Part shown: in pieces, positions 52,673-62,303 of the stretch
How positions within the stretch are numbered: position 1 is the stretch's first letter
Layout of the letters: every line of letters begins with the position of its first letter
Virus record (IMG/VR): IMGVR_UViG_3300006853_000015
Reading direction: 5' to 3' (one strand)
DNA from: a virus
DNA: 64,000 nucleotides
Made by a program: the position numbers and the translations under genes
The notes under the pieces: generated by a model
Told to the model about the DNA's origin: nothing
Databases searched by the model: none
What the model saw: only the letters and a program-made list of their open reading frames with translations

Positions 52673-53962
52673 CTACGCGGCCTTGAAGCCCCGCTGCTTA
52701 TTCACCTTCGCCACGGCCTTGTCCCAAGACGCATCGATTGCGGCCTGGGTGGTGGGAGCCGGAACGTTATGGGCATCGGCCAGCGCGCCAGCGTCGGCCC
52801 GCTCGGCCAGCGGCGGGATCGCCGAAGCTTCGGAAGCCGCAGCTTCGAGAATGGCCGTTGCCTGTTCGATGGAAAGGCCCTGCCGCGCCAGCTCGTTGGC
52901 CAGCTTGCCTTTGCCCTTCGCGGCCTCGGAATTCACGATGCCATCATAGCGCGCACGCTCTGCGGCCACCGCATCGGCAATGGCCTTGGTGTGGTCCGCG
53001 ATAACGGGGGGAAGGTTGTCTTCGGTTGCCATTGTGGCTCCTTTGCGTTTCTTCCAGCCAGCGCTTACGCCGCTGGAAAGTTCGGTGAACACGCCTTCAA
53101 AGGTTCCGATAGCATCAGCCAAACCGGCCTTGATTGCTTCTTCACCTGTGAAGTCCCCCGCCTCAGTGGCGCGGGCAGCTTTGGCCGTAAGGCGGGATGC
53201 CCCACGGCCCTCTTCAACCGCCTGCGTAAAGCGGTCATAAAGCCCCATAACCATTTCCTGTGCGTTTTCACGCGCACGCTCGGAAAGGGGCTCAAAGGGA
53301 TTGCCGTCTGCCTTTTTGGCACCAGCGGTGATTATCGTGGGATCAATGCCCTGAGCTTCCAGCTCTTTGCTGTGGTCCAGGTGTATCCAGATAACACCAA
53401 TGCTTCCAAGCGCAGACGTTGGCGAAACCACAATCTGTGAAGCCTGGGAGGCAATCCAATAGCCAGCGCTATAGGCGTGATCATTGATCACGGCATAGAC
53501 TGGCTTTTCATCGCGCAACGCGCGAATGGATGCGGCAAGGTTGGCGATGCCACCCACCTCGCCGCCGAAGCTGTCGATGTCCAGGATAACGCCGCGCGTG
53601 TGCGGGTCGGCCCGTGCATCGGCAAGCTGTGCAGCAATGCCCTCGTAGCTCTGCAATCCTGAATAGCTGCCTATCCAGGCACCACGGTTAACAAGGGAGC
53701 CGGTGATGGAAATCACCGCAATCCCGCTTTCGGCCGGATTGAAGCTGTAAGAACCATCGGGCCGCTTGCGGCTTCCGAAGAATTCGTTAGCCTCAACTTC
53801 GTTCTTCGCATCACGAAGAAGCGCTTCCTCGTTTAAGGAGCCGCCGAAGATGCGTTTGTGCAGCGCGGCGCAAATGATTTCCGCCTTGCCAGGATGAAGC
53901 AACAACGGCGTATTGTAGAGCCGTTGCGCAATCTGTGGAAGGTTGAACAAGCTAACCTCCAA
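52673..53962 (-). CDS. S49-family head maturation protease with scaffold-like C-terminus
   Basis: IAVISI.GSLVNR, ILDIDS.GGE, AYSAGY.IAS, GSIGV..H, AGA.KADGNP.EPL. Confidence 0.93.
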   Translation of the reverse strand: MEVSLFNLPQIAQRLYNTPLLLHPGKAEIICAALHKRIFGGSLNEEALLRDAKNEVEANEFFGSRKRPDGSYSFNPAESGIAVISITGSLVNRGAWIGSYSGLQSYEGIAAQLADARADPHTRGVILDIDSFGGEVGGIANLAASIRALRDEKPVYAVINDHAYSAGYWIASQASQIVVSPTSALGSIGVIWIHLDHSKELEAQGIDPTIITAGAKKADGNPFEPLSERARENAQEMVMGLYDRFTQAVEEGRGASRLTAKAARATEAGDFTGEEAIKAGLADAIGTFEGVFTELSSGVSAGWKKRKGATMATEDNLPPVIADHTKAIADAVAAERARYDGIVNSEAAKGKGKLANELARQGLSIEQATAILEAAASEASAIPPLAERADAGALADAHNVPAPTTQAAIDASWDKAVAKVNKQRGFKAA

Positions 53963-54197
53963 TGAAGGCGCGGCGGGAAGGCGGCTTGCCTTGCTTCGCC
54001 TTACACGCCTCTACCAACTTGGCCAGTTCAATGCGCATCTCTTGCACATTGGCGCGGCCATATTCCACGCGGCGTCTGGTGCCTCCTTCCGTCCAAAACT
54101 CAACAACAAGCGCCTGACCGCCCGTAATGATGTTTTGGATTATGGATTTCAGCTCTTCAACGGCCACGCAAGGGTCTGCGTTTAAAACCGCCATCAA
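53952..54197 (-). CDS. gpW-like head completion protein
   Basis: Between portal and protease; RRVEY..AN..E+R..L..L; 81 aa. Confidence 0.7.
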   Translation of the reverse strand: MMAVLNADPCVAVEELKSIIQNIITGGQALVVEFWTEGGTRRRVEYGRANVQEMRIELAKLVEACKAKQGKPPSRRAFIGG

Positions 54198-55816
54198 TAC
54201 TCCTCAGATGATCTGCCCTCTTCGGCCTCCTGTTTCTTCGCCTCATCGCTAGAAATTTTTTCACGGGCTAGAGTGGCCGCCGTTTCAGCGGCCAACTCTA
54301 TGCCCAACTCTTCACGCAACTCCTTCTCTGCGGCAAGATAGGCTACGGTGTCCTCGTAATCGTAGCCCAAGTCATCGCAAAGCTGGGTAAGCGAAAGCGC
54401 GCCAATCTCGTTTAGGATTTTGACCGCCTTAGCCATCTTTTCGTCATCGGCCTGTGGCCGTGGCGTGCCCTTCCATTCCGCGTAGCAGATGCCTGCACGT
54501 TCAGACATGAACTGTTCCATGCCACCCGGAAGCATCACCCGCCCCGTCTCAATCTGCTCTTCAAGCCAATTCTCGTAGCAGCCGTTATTGAACGGAGACA
54601 GCACGTTGCGCCGCCGCTCCATCACGATTGCCCAGATTTGATGAACGGCCATGCGGATTGACGAGAAGGTTACGCCCGCGTAATCGCCCGTGAAATCCTC
54701 ATAGGTGATGCCAAGGCAACGGGCAATCTCGCGAAGAAGCATCTTCGCGTATGTCTCATATTCGCCCGCCGCGCCCTTAACGGTCATCAGGTCCAGCTTC
54801 TGGCCGGGAAACAGGTGGGCAATGCGCCCGGCCGTGCCGATATCGATCTGTGCGCCCTCGTACCATCCCTGTTGCGCCGCGTTCCAACAATCGAACGCCG
54901 ATACGCTGTCCCCCGCCGATGAAACCTGCGCTTGCTCCTTGTGGGTAAGCAGACCTTGCATTGCTTCATTGGTGGGATATTCGGACGTAAGGGTTGCCGC
55001 GAAGACGCTTCGCAGGATATTGGCCGTAAGTGTGGCGTTGGCCAATTGGTCGAAGCGCTTTGCCACGCGAAGCGCCGGGGTAAGGGGGCTAATGCCCCTT
55101 ACCTGTCCGGCCATGCCGTCGAACACGTGCAGCAACCGCAACCGATTATAACGGTCACGCGCGGGCACCATAAGGTCGCGGTATTGGCCGAAATGGTTTG
55201 TGTATTTGAACCTATACGCCATGGGCCGCCCGTGCGTGTTAAGCTGGACGCCCTGAACAACGTTGTCTAACAGGTTGGTTTCGCGCGACATGCGCATGGG
55301 AGGGATAACGCGCACCTTGCTTTTGTTCAAGGAGTTGGCCGCGTTGATGTACGGAAGCTCCGCCACGATTTCACCCGTGGCGATGAACGACATATACGCC
55401 TGCCGCTGTTGCTTGCCGTGATCGGAGCGGCCTTCCGCGTCGCATTCATTGGCGCTGCATGCGTAGCTGTGCCACAGGGCCTCTACATCCTTGGCCCATT
55501 GCTTGGCCGTGGTTTCATCCATGCCAAGGCTTTGATATTTGGGTTTCGCCTGTAGACGAAGCCCGCCGCCTACCACGCTGGCCGCAGAAGCTTCGATGCC
55601 GCCCGCTATCCATCCAACGTTTTGGGCCATGTCCACGGCCCGCGCCTGTGCACGGTCGTAGGCTTCCCCAACGTCTTCACGCGGCTCGCGCAGCATGGGC
55701 CACCACTTCGCCCAAACCGTGCCCTTCTCGCCTTCCATGAAGCGCGCGTCCGGCCGTGGCTTATCGTTCCTTCCGCCGTTAGGCAGAAGGTTTCGCAACG
55801 TATCAAGAAAGGCCAT
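54194..55816 (-). CDS. Portal protein (lambda family)
   Basis: RARA.DM.QN, G.GLRLQ, GQVRGISPLTP, GITYE..TGDYA.V.FSS.R. Confidence 0.95.
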   Translation of the reverse strand: MAFLDTLRNLLPNGGRNDKPRPDARFMEGEKGTVWAKWWPMLREPREDVGEAYDRAQARAVDMAQNVGWIAGGIEASAASVVGGGLRLQAKPKYQSLGMDETTAKQWAKDVEALWHSYACSANECDAEGRSDHGKQQRQAYMSFIATGEIVAELPYINAANSLNKSKVRVIPPMRMSRETNLLDNVVQGVQLNTHGRPMAYRFKYTNHFGQYRDLMVPARDRYNRLRLLHVFDGMAGQVRGISPLTPALRVAKRFDQLANATLTANILRSVFAATLTSEYPTNEAMQGLLTHKEQAQVSSAGDSVSAFDCWNAAQQGWYEGAQIDIGTAGRIAHLFPGQKLDLMTVKGAAGEYETYAKMLLREIARCLGITYEDFTGDYAGVTFSSIRMAVHQIWAIVMERRRNVLSPFNNGCYENWLEEQIETGRVMLPGGMEQFMSERAGICYAEWKGTPRPQADDEKMAKAVKILNEIGALSLTQLCDDLGYDYEDTVAYLAAEKELREELGIELAAETAATLAREKISSDEAKKQEAEEGRSSEEY

Positions 55817-55824
55817 TGTAACTC

Positions 55825-57846
55825 CTAAAGCTTTCTGGCCGCCTGTGCCATGCGCTTGCGTAAGCCTTCGCCAACGCTTTTGCCGCTATGGCTGTCTTCT
55901 TCGGTAACGCCGCCGCTTCTTTCAACGCCTTCCGGGATCAGATGGCAATTCAGAAGCCACGCGGCAGCACGCGCAAGGGCTTCGGCGTCCAGATAATGGT
56001 TCTCGGATGAGCGCACAATCCACTCCGGCTTACCCGTATCGGGGTCTATGATGCGGTTTTCCGCCGCAACTTGACGGCAATAATCTTCCGTGGCGTTGCT
56101 GGGTAGCAGGAACGCGCCCGGCTTATCCATCGGAAGGCGGATTGCGCTATGCGTCCATTGCTTGAAGAAATCGCTGTCCACGTGAACAAGCTCAATCTTC
56201 CGCCTTAGGCCGCCGTCATCAATGCCATGCTCCACAATGCTAAGGGGCTTCATGCGCACGTGGTGGCCGCGTGTAGCGCGGCACAACCATGAATTCTTCC
56301 AACAGAAATCATAAACGGTATGTGCGTCGCCGCTTGATTTCTTGTTTGGCCGGAAGCCCGCGTCTATGAACGCCTTTGAGACGAGCATGCCCGCGCGCTC
56401 GGCCGTAAGAACCTTGTAAAGCTCTTCCCAAACGTCATTGTGATGCGTTGGACCCCAAATCTCATTGGCGTCCACAAGCCAGGATGTGCCGCGAGAACCC
56501 CAACCACGGATAACGTAGACAAGCCGCTTTTGCTGCACGTCCACGCCTGCCGTAAGGATCACCGCGCCCAAAGGCACGTTGCCCATGGGGTACGGAAGCT
56601 TGCGCCCGGCTACTTCCTTCCACGTGACAGCGTTTTCAACTTCCAGATGGGAGAAGCATTCGCCGAAAGCGGAATTGATGACCGTTTGGATTTTGTTTGC
56701 ATCGCCTGTGGCCATTTCACCAAGTAGGCGCGCAGCACGCTCCCCAAACGTTCTAAACGGACTACACAGCCCCGAAACCCAAAAGCTAATGGTGGTAGTG
56801 GCGGGATGGCTTCCCGCCACTGTACCGGCCTTATTTACGGTTTGGCCCGGTGCCACATAAACGCCGCGCTCGTTCATCTCCTGCTTATGGTGCTCTTCGA
56901 TCACCCCACCGCATCCGGGGCATTCCAGATACGCGGAATGCAGCACCTGCGCGGGGCTCTCGTGCTTCGGCCATTTCAGCAGGTCGGCGCGCGGCACAAA
57001 GAAGTCTCCGCAGTGCGGACACGGCCAGCACCAATGATGCCGCGTGCCCTCCTGCCAAAGCTTCCAGATGCCGCTTTTGATTTCATCGGGCTCCCGATAC
57101 TTCCAGAAGCGCAAGCCGCTGTTGGGGTCAAGCTCCGTTTCCACCAAGCCAAGGGAGGGCGTGGAAACCACGCCAACCGAGAAGTCATCGTATGTTTCGC
57201 CACGCGCTTCCACAAGGCCAAGGGGATCGCCCTGGCCGCGAATGTTGTGCAGCATTTCGTCATATTCGTCCACCACGGCCAAGCCAGCCGGATCAGACTT
57301 AAGGGCTGTGGAGCTGCCGCCATGCGCCAAGCGCACGCGCACGCCAGCAATGCGCTTAAGCGTCTTGCTTTGCATACGGTCGCCTAGCAACTTGGCTTGC
57401 AACGTGGCCGATTGCTCAAACAGCTCCACCAACCGGGGCTCAAACTGCGTTTTGACGAATTCCGCAGTAGGCCCCGCGTAAAGGATAGGCACGGGCCTTT
57501 GATCAAGCCGCGCACCCATAACGTCTAGCAGCGCTTCCGTCTTGCCGCTTTGGGCGGCCATGGCGAGAACGCAGCGCTTATATTCGCCGCTGTCCAGCGC
57601 GTGCTCGAAAGGGATGATGTACGGGGTTAGGCCGGGATCGCGAGCGCCCGGCCTGCCGCTGGTTTCTGGATAGACGCGGTTTTGATATGCCCAGATATCG
57701 GGCTTATTCCTCTCTACTGGCTCTAGTATCTTCGCGGATAGCTTCGCAAGCCTCGCCATATTTCGAAGCGAGCGCGGCCAGTTCGCGCCTGATGCCGTCA
57801 ACGGCACGTTCAATGCGGTTTCTGACATCCCTGTCCCTTGTTCCAA
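55825..57846 (-). CDS. Terminase large subunit (lambda gpA family)
   Basis: Walker A MAAQSGKTE, VVDEYDEM, STP, WPCPHCG..F, CPGCG..I.E, LTAGVDVQ, AFIDAG, ENHYLDA. Start may be 57828 or 57759. Confidence 0.96.
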   Translation of the reverse strand: MEQGTGMSETALNVPLTASGANWPRSLRNMARLAKLSAKILEPVERNKPDIWAYQNRVYPETSGRPGARDPGLTPYIIPFEHALDSGEYKRCVLAMAAQSGKTEALLDVMGARLDQRPVPILYAGPTAEFVKTQFEPRLVELFEQSATLQAKLLGDRMQSKTLKRIAGVRVRLAHGGSSTALKSDPAGLAVVDEYDEMLHNIRGQGDPLGLVEARGETYDDFSVGVVSTPSLGLVETELDPNSGLRFWKYREPDEIKSGIWKLWQEGTRHHWCWPCPHCGDFFVPRADLLKWPKHESPAQVLHSAYLECPGCGGVIEEHHKQEMNERGVYVAPGQTVNKAGTVAGSHPATTTISFWVSGLCSPFRTFGERAARLLGEMATGDANKIQTVINSAFGECFSHLEVENAVTWKEVAGRKLPYPMGNVPLGAVILTAGVDVQQKRLVYVIRGWGSRGTSWLVDANEIWGPTHHNDVWEELYKVLTAERAGMLVSKAFIDAGFRPNKKSSGDAHTVYDFCWKNSWLCRATRGHHVRMKPLSIVEHGIDDGGLRRKIELVHVDSDFFKQWTHSAIRLPMDKPGAFLLPSNATEDYCRQVAAENRIIDPDTGKPEWIVRSSENHYLDAEALARAAAWLLNCHLIPEGVERSGGVTEEDSHSGKSVGEGLRKRMAQAARKL

Positions 57847-58354
57847 TCATGGCGGGAAGACCGGCCAGACGCGATACAACTTCGCCCATCATCGTGGCAA
57901 CGAAAGCCTCGGCTTCTTCCACGGGCACAAGCTGGCCGCCTTTCGCGGCCATGCGCTGCTCAATCTCTTTCGCGCGAATAGCTTGGAGCTTCTTTTGGGT
58001 TTCCGTGCCAAGGTTCTGACGCCTTTCGCCCTTCGCCCAAGCAATGATGCCGCGAATGCTTTCTTGAAGACTGTACAGCTTGTTTTTGTCCGGCGCGATG
58101 AAGCCGCCCTTTGCCAAGTCGTCAAGCTGCCTTGACGGCATGCCGCATAGCTCACCAAGCTCGAATTGCCGGTATCGGCCATCTTGCAGGAACTTGATAT
58201 ATCCCTGCATCAGCTCAAGAAGGTGATACCGGCCCCGCTTCATAGCGTAATAGCCAAGGTTGCCGATGCGCTTTACATCACGCTCGGGGATATCAAGGAG
58301 CTTCGCGGCCTCAAACGCCGAAAGATAACCCCTTTCCGCCTGTTCTTCGGCCAT
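57704..58354 (-). CDS. Terminase small subunit (Nu1-like)
   Basis: Directly upstream of terminase large; two winged-helix-like repeats, a coiled coil, and GQLVPVEE...L.GLPA. Confidence 0.8.
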   Translation of the reverse strand: MAEEQAERGYLSAFEAAKLLDIPERDVKRIGNLGYYAMKRGRYHLLELMQGYIKFLQDGRYRQFELGELCGMPSRQLDDLAKGGFIAPDKNKLYSLQESIRGIIAWAKGERRQNLGTETQKKLQAIRAKEIEQRMAAKGGQLVPVEEAEAFVATMMGEVVSRLAGLPAMIGTRDRDVRNRIERAVDGIRRELAALASKYGEACEAIREDTRASREE

Positions 58355-58362
58355 TCATCCTC

Positions 58363-59121
58363 CTAGCGCAAGCCCGCAACCTTGTGCGTCTGAACCGAGA
58401 CAAGCCAATCGTTCACCCGCGCCGCTTCCAGGCAAAGCTCCGTTGCCTTCTTCGACATGGAAAGCGGCTGCAAATAAACGGGCACGTGGTACGCCGTGGC
58501 GCTTTTGCGCACTTCAAGGCGTCTCGCCAGAAGCTTTTGCAGCGTTGTGATATCCGCTGGTTTTCCAACCGGCATCTTGATTTCGTCGGCGCGCAATAGC
58601 GCGTCATCAAGCACCACAAGGCCGCCCGGCATATCCACCTTGGGCGAGAGAGTTACGAAGGTTCCGGGGTCCGCGCTGATTTCGTGCGTGCCGCTGGTTT
58701 CGATCTGGGTTGTAAAGCCCAAGCTTTCGAGATCGTTTGTAACCTTGAAAAGGTCGTAAACGCACGGCTCGCCGCCCGTGAACACCACGTGGTTGTTGCC
58801 GTATTCCTTGGCTAGGCGCACCAGGAACGCGGCTTCCACGATGGCGAATTCAGGGGAGCCCGGCGCTTTGTTCGCAAGCGCCACATAGTGCACCAGATTG
58901 GCCGCGTTCACCTTCCAGGTGTATTTCGTATCGCACCACGGGCACCCTACGGCACAGCCTTGAAGCCGGAAGAAGGTGGAAGGCTTCCCCGTATGGGAGC
59001 CTTCCCCTTGCATCGTTGAGAAGTGTTCGTTAAGGAGCAAGCCTTCCGCAAAGCGCGTTTTGCTGCTCTCGCTTGGCCCGCCGCTTTGGCTTGTGCCCTT
59101 GGGCATATGCTGCTCTGTCAC
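58363..59121 (-). CDS. queE: 7-carboxy-7-deazaguanine synthase (radical SAM)
   Basis: NEHFSTMQGEG..TG.P..F.RL.GCAVGCPWCDT (CxxxCxxC), VVFTGGEP, IETSG, SPK, YLQP, SVQTHK. GGAGG RBS plus GTG at 59121. Confidence 0.95.
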   Translation of the reverse strand: MTEQHMPKGTSQSGGPSESSKTRFAEGLLLNEHFSTMQGEGSHTGKPSTFFRLQGCAVGCPWCDTKYTWKVNAANLVHYVALANKAPGSPEFAIVEAAFLVRLAKEYGNNHVVFTGGEPCVYDLFKVTNDLESLGFTTQIETSGTHEISADPGTFVTLSPKVDMPGGLVVLDDALLRADEIKMPVGKPADITTLQKLLARRLEVRKSATAYHVPVYLQPLSMSKKATELCLEAARVNDWLVSVQTHKVAGLR

Positions 59122-59491
59122 GTTCCGCCTCCACCCTGTTTTCCCACGGAAAGACAAGCCATGTCTCCGGGTCGATGATATACGCCACGGTCCCGCCGTG
59201 AACATGCTCCGATTTATCAAACCACGCGGCGAAGTGAACAACCGGAAAGGTGTCCATCGTTTCGCCGCTTTCGATAACATCGTCTATAACCAGCGTGTTA
59301 AGCTGGTCAACTTCGGCCCTATCCGTGATTAGCGGGATGCCAAGGCCATGGCTTACGGCAACCGCCATCGGCAGGCCGCCGCGCGGGATGCCGTACACGC
59401 TTTTAACGGAGCCCGATTTCACATAGTCCGCGTAAAAACGGATAAGGGCCTCAGCCCCCCTAGTGAAGTGAGCCCACGTAACCGCCAGCAT
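59030..59491 (-). CDS. Purine phosphoribosyltransferase (Gpt-like, type I PRTase)
   Basis: VYGIPRGGL, PRPP-binding LVIDDVIESGETM, WLVFPWE. Start MLAVTW at 59491. Confidence 0.85.
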   Translation of the reverse strand: MLAVTWAHFTRGAEALIRFYADYVKSGSVKSVYGIPRGGLPMAVAVSHGLGIPLITDRAEVDQLNTLVIDDVIESGETMDTFPVVHFAAWFDKSEHVHGGTVAYIIDPETWLVFPWENRVEAERDRAAYAQGHKPKRRAKREQQNALCGRLAP

Positions 59492-59924
59492 GGAGCCGGT
59501 ATGAAGCGCGGCATTTGCCGGTTTCTTCAATGATCGTTTCAACGAGTTGCACCCCCGTGCCAAATAACTGCATGGGGCCAACGCAGCAGACCAAATGCCT
59601 AGCCATGTTCTCCGCTGTAGGGTTGAAAGGAACGGCAACCACTGTTCTGTCGATTTCCATGAGAGCCCGCAAACGCGGGTCTTGTTCCCATAACAGAAAC
59701 TTGTGGTCCCAATTCTCCTCAAGCCATGCGCACAGCAACGTCTTGATTTGAGAAAAGTCCAGCACACGCCCAATGTGGTCAAGCGTGTGCGCCGCGCACA
59801 CAAGGTGGAATTTGTAGTTGTGGCCGTGAAGGTGCGCGCACTTCCCCTCATGGCCCCAAACGCTATGACCGGCGCAAATCTCGTGCGTGCGCGTGGCCGT
59901 GATAACGCCGTTTGTGATGCTCAC
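59460..59924 (-). CDS. queD: 6-carboxy-5,6,7,8-tetrahydropterin synthase
   Basis: AGH.V.GHEGKCAHLHGHNY, LDFSQIK, WDHKFL, NPTAENMA, ET..C.A.Y. GTG start overlaps the folE stop. Confidence 0.93.
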   Translation of the reverse strand: MSITNGVITATRTHEICAGHSVWGHEGKCAHLHGHNYKFHLVCAAHTLDHIGRVLDFSQIKTLLCAWLEENWDHKFLLWEQDPRLRALMEIDRTVVAVPFNPTAENMARHLVCCVGPMQLFGTGVQLVETIIEETGKCRASYRLHAGGYVGSLH

Positions 59925-60625
59925 TTTGCAAGCTCCATCAGCCCCAACATACGCTCCATTTGGTGGGGTAGGTTCATTGTTCCGCGCGCGGCCTGGGTAA
60001 TCATCACGGTGCCCGCATCTCGCACGCCACGCCAGCACGCACAGAAATGCCGCGCCTGAACGATCACGCCAACGCCACGCGGCGCAAAGGCCGCGTGCAG
60101 GGCTTCCACAAGCTGTTGCGTGGCTTCCTCCTGTATCTGCGGCCTGGACATGATGTGTTCTGTGATGCGCCCAAACTTCGATAGACCGAGCAGGGCGTTC
60201 CCTGAGAGCACGCCTACCCATGCCTTCCCAATGATGGGAACCAAATGGTGGCTACAAGCCGAATTAAAGCCCCAAGGGCCTGCTACAAACATATCGGAGC
60301 CCTGCACCACGTTGGGGAACGAAGTGGCTTCAGGCGGCCTTAAATAGCGCCCCTTGAACACTTCGCGCACGTACATCTTCGCCACGCGCGCGGCAGTGTT
60401 CTTCGCGTTGGGATCATTCTCCCTGTCGATCAGAAGGGCGTCAAGTACGCCCTCCATCGCAAGCTTAACCCCTTCCTCGATGCACTCCATTTCGAAGTCA
60501 TCGATATAATCGGCCAGCGATGCATTGGCGTGCATCGAAACGCCCTTCGCCTTTAGCTGGGATCGAACTTTTTCGATCACCAGCCTAACGTCATACGGCT
60601 TTTCCATGGTATCGGCCCGCGTCAT
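59921..60625 (-). CDS. folE: GTP cyclohydrolase I
   Basis: TAARVAKMY..EVF.G, SACSHHL.P..G, GLSKFGR...RPQIQE, ARHFC..WRGV. Confidence 0.95.
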   Translation of the reverse strand: MTRADTMEKPYDVRLVIEKVRSQLKAKGVSMHANASLADYIDDFEMECIEEGVKLAMEGVLDALLIDRENDPNAKNTAARVAKMYVREVFKGRYLRPPEATSFPNVVQGSDMFVAGPWGFNSACSHHLVPIIGKAWVGVLSGNALLGLSKFGRITEHIMSRPQIQEEATQQLVEALHAAFAPRGVGVIVQARHFCACWRGVRDAGTVMITQAARGTMNLPHQMERMLGLMELAK

Positions 60626-61454
60626 AGTGCTGCATCAGCAAGCGCGTATAGATGCTTGTCGTGATCGCAAAGAACAGTTTCACACCAAGAACGCGGCGTA
60701 ACTCACAAGAAAATTCCACCCACGAGGCCGTTGTGATGTTCTGCCAAGTGGAACACACACCTTTGCCAGCGTCTGGGGCAAAGATTGAATAGGGATCATA
60801 TCCCAGCTTGCGGATGCGCTCGGCCACGCGCCGGTTAAGCTTGGCGCGGGTAAGCTGGCGCGGGTGAAGCAACTCCATCACGCCGTGCCCCATATAGACG
60901 GATACCGTACCGAAGCGCCCGCCCTGTTTCCAAGAGCTACTGTCCACGCTGTACGGCTTCAGAAGCTTGATTAGGGGCCAACGTGTCATGCCCAGCAAAT
61001 GCGCCTTGCGCCCTGCCGACCATTCAATCATTTTGGCCGCCCATTGCGCGCCCGCCAGATTGGCGGACGCAAGGCCGCCGAAAGCCACGTAATCAGAAGT
61101 CTGATAGTAGGCGTTGACGGTTTCTTCCGTATCGCCCCGCGTGGCGATGGGGATAGGCTTGAAGCCCCGCGAGAGCATGATTTCGTAATTGCGTAGGGTC
61201 TGCTCCGGTTGCCCGATCACGTCTAGCGTGTAATAGCAATCCGGCATAAGGCCGTCCATGCGCAACGTATCCAGGAAGCCGCAATAGCCGTCAAGCGTTA
61301 CCTCCTTCCCCATCTTGAAGGCGGTAAAGGCCCCGCTGTCCAACATGAATTCGATATCCTCCCGCCTGCTCTTCACCAGCTTGCGCAGGTCTGAACCAAG
61401 GTAGGAGTAGGATATCAGGATGGGAATTCTATTCGATTTCGAGGCTGTCTCCAA
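60591..61454 (-). CDS. dpdA: DpdA-like DNA guanine transglycosylase (TGT fold)
   Basis: FMLDSGAFT, LDVIG, YVAFGG, HLLG.T, YSVDSSSW motifs; adjacent to folE/queD/queE. Subfamily not determined. Confidence 0.8.
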   Translation of the reverse strand: METASKSNRIPILISYSYLGSDLRKLVKSRREDIEFMLDSGAFTAFKMGKEVTLDGYCGFLDTLRMDGLMPDCYYTLDVIGQPEQTLRNYEIMLSRGFKPIPIATRGDTEETVNAYYQTSDYVAFGGLASANLAGAQWAAKMIEWSAGRKAHLLGMTRWPLIKLLKPYSVDSSSWKQGGRFGTVSVYMGHGVMELLHPRQLTRAKLNRRVAERIRKLGYDPYSIFAPDAGKGVCSTWQNITTASWVEFSCELRRVLGVKLFFAITTSIYTRLLMQHYDAGRYHGKAV

Positions 61455-62040
61455 AATCGATGTCTCCCCCGTCTCGCATGGCCTGCAAGGCGTTATCCAG
61501 GTGCTTCTTCACCGTGTCTTTGTGCTGCGGCAGGCAACGCACCTTGATTACCGCTTTCAGCTCTGCCACGTCTCCGGCCAGCTCTTCCGCCGTAACGGTG
61601 GGCTTCCAACCGCCAATGATGGTTTGCAGCTCATCATCCGAGAAACCGGCCCCGGCCGGGTCCATATCTTGGTCGATAAGCTTCTGAACAGCGGCGGCCA
61701 GAAGCTCGTCGTTCCACGTGCTGTCTTCGCCGAAACGGTTGTCAGCCAGGATAAGCTCCAAGGCTTCCGCATCCGTGCCCTCGAAGATGGCGCACGGAAT
61801 GCTTGCCGCCTTGTCCACGCAACCAAACGCCTGCCAACGCTTATGACCGGCCAGAATGGTGCCATCGGGCCGCGCCACAAGCGCGCCCACGAAACCCACG
61901 CGCTTCATGTAATCGGCCAGCTTCTGAATTGAAGCCGCATCGTGCTCGCGCGGGTTTTCGGGATGCGGCTTGAACCAATTCCAGGGCCGCACTTCGATTT
62001 CTGATACCTTGGCCTCAAGGCCCTTCTTCAGCTTCGCCAT
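61429..62040 (-). CDS. ParB/Srx N-terminal-domain protein
   Basis: KPHPENPREH...IQKL...GF....ARPDGTILAGHKRW.A...LADNR. Confidence 0.85.
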   Translation of the reverse strand: MAKLKKGLEAKVSEIEVRPWNWFKPHPENPREHDAASIQKLADYMKRVGFVGALVARPDGTILAGHKRWQAFGCVDKAASIPCAIFEGTDAEALELILADNRFGEDSTWNDELLAAAVQKLIDQDMDPAGAGFSDDELQTIIGGWKPTVTAEELAGDVAELKAVIKVRCLPQHKDTVKKHLDNALQAMRDGGDIDFGDSLEIE

Positions 62041-62303
62041 TAGCGCCGCCCTCTCTTTTCAGTGCACAGCTCGGCAGCTATGCGTATAGCGCTTGCCGCA
62101 ACGTCGATAGCCTCTTTGCGCATGGCTTCGAGATCGCGGTTGCGTTGCTTCGTCCAAACGTGCTCTTTCAGCTCTTCGAACTCTTCCATAAGAACGCCGA
62201 AGCCTTCGTGAGCACTGTTGAACGGCCCGTATATCTCGCGAGATTGGGCCGCCAATTTCAGGGCGGCCAGCGCCGCCCGAACGAATTTCTTCTTAGGTCT
62301 CAT
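62040..62303 (-). CDS. MazG-like nucleotide pyrophosphohydrolase
   Basis: HEG.GVL.EEFEEL...EAIDVAA (EExxE...ExxD). Start MRPKKK at 62303. Confidence 0.65.
   Translation of the reverse strand: MRPKKKFVRAALAALKLAAQSREIYGPFNSAHEGFGVLMEEFEELKEHVWTKQRNRDLEAMRKEAIDVAASAIRIAAELCTEKRGRR

Noticed and set aside
61429-62040. Plasmid-prophage partition system (ParA/ParB/parS)
   Set aside because: Only the ParB N-terminal domain is present, with no HTH, no ParA and no parS array. The gene overlaps dpdA, which fits a modification-associated role better.
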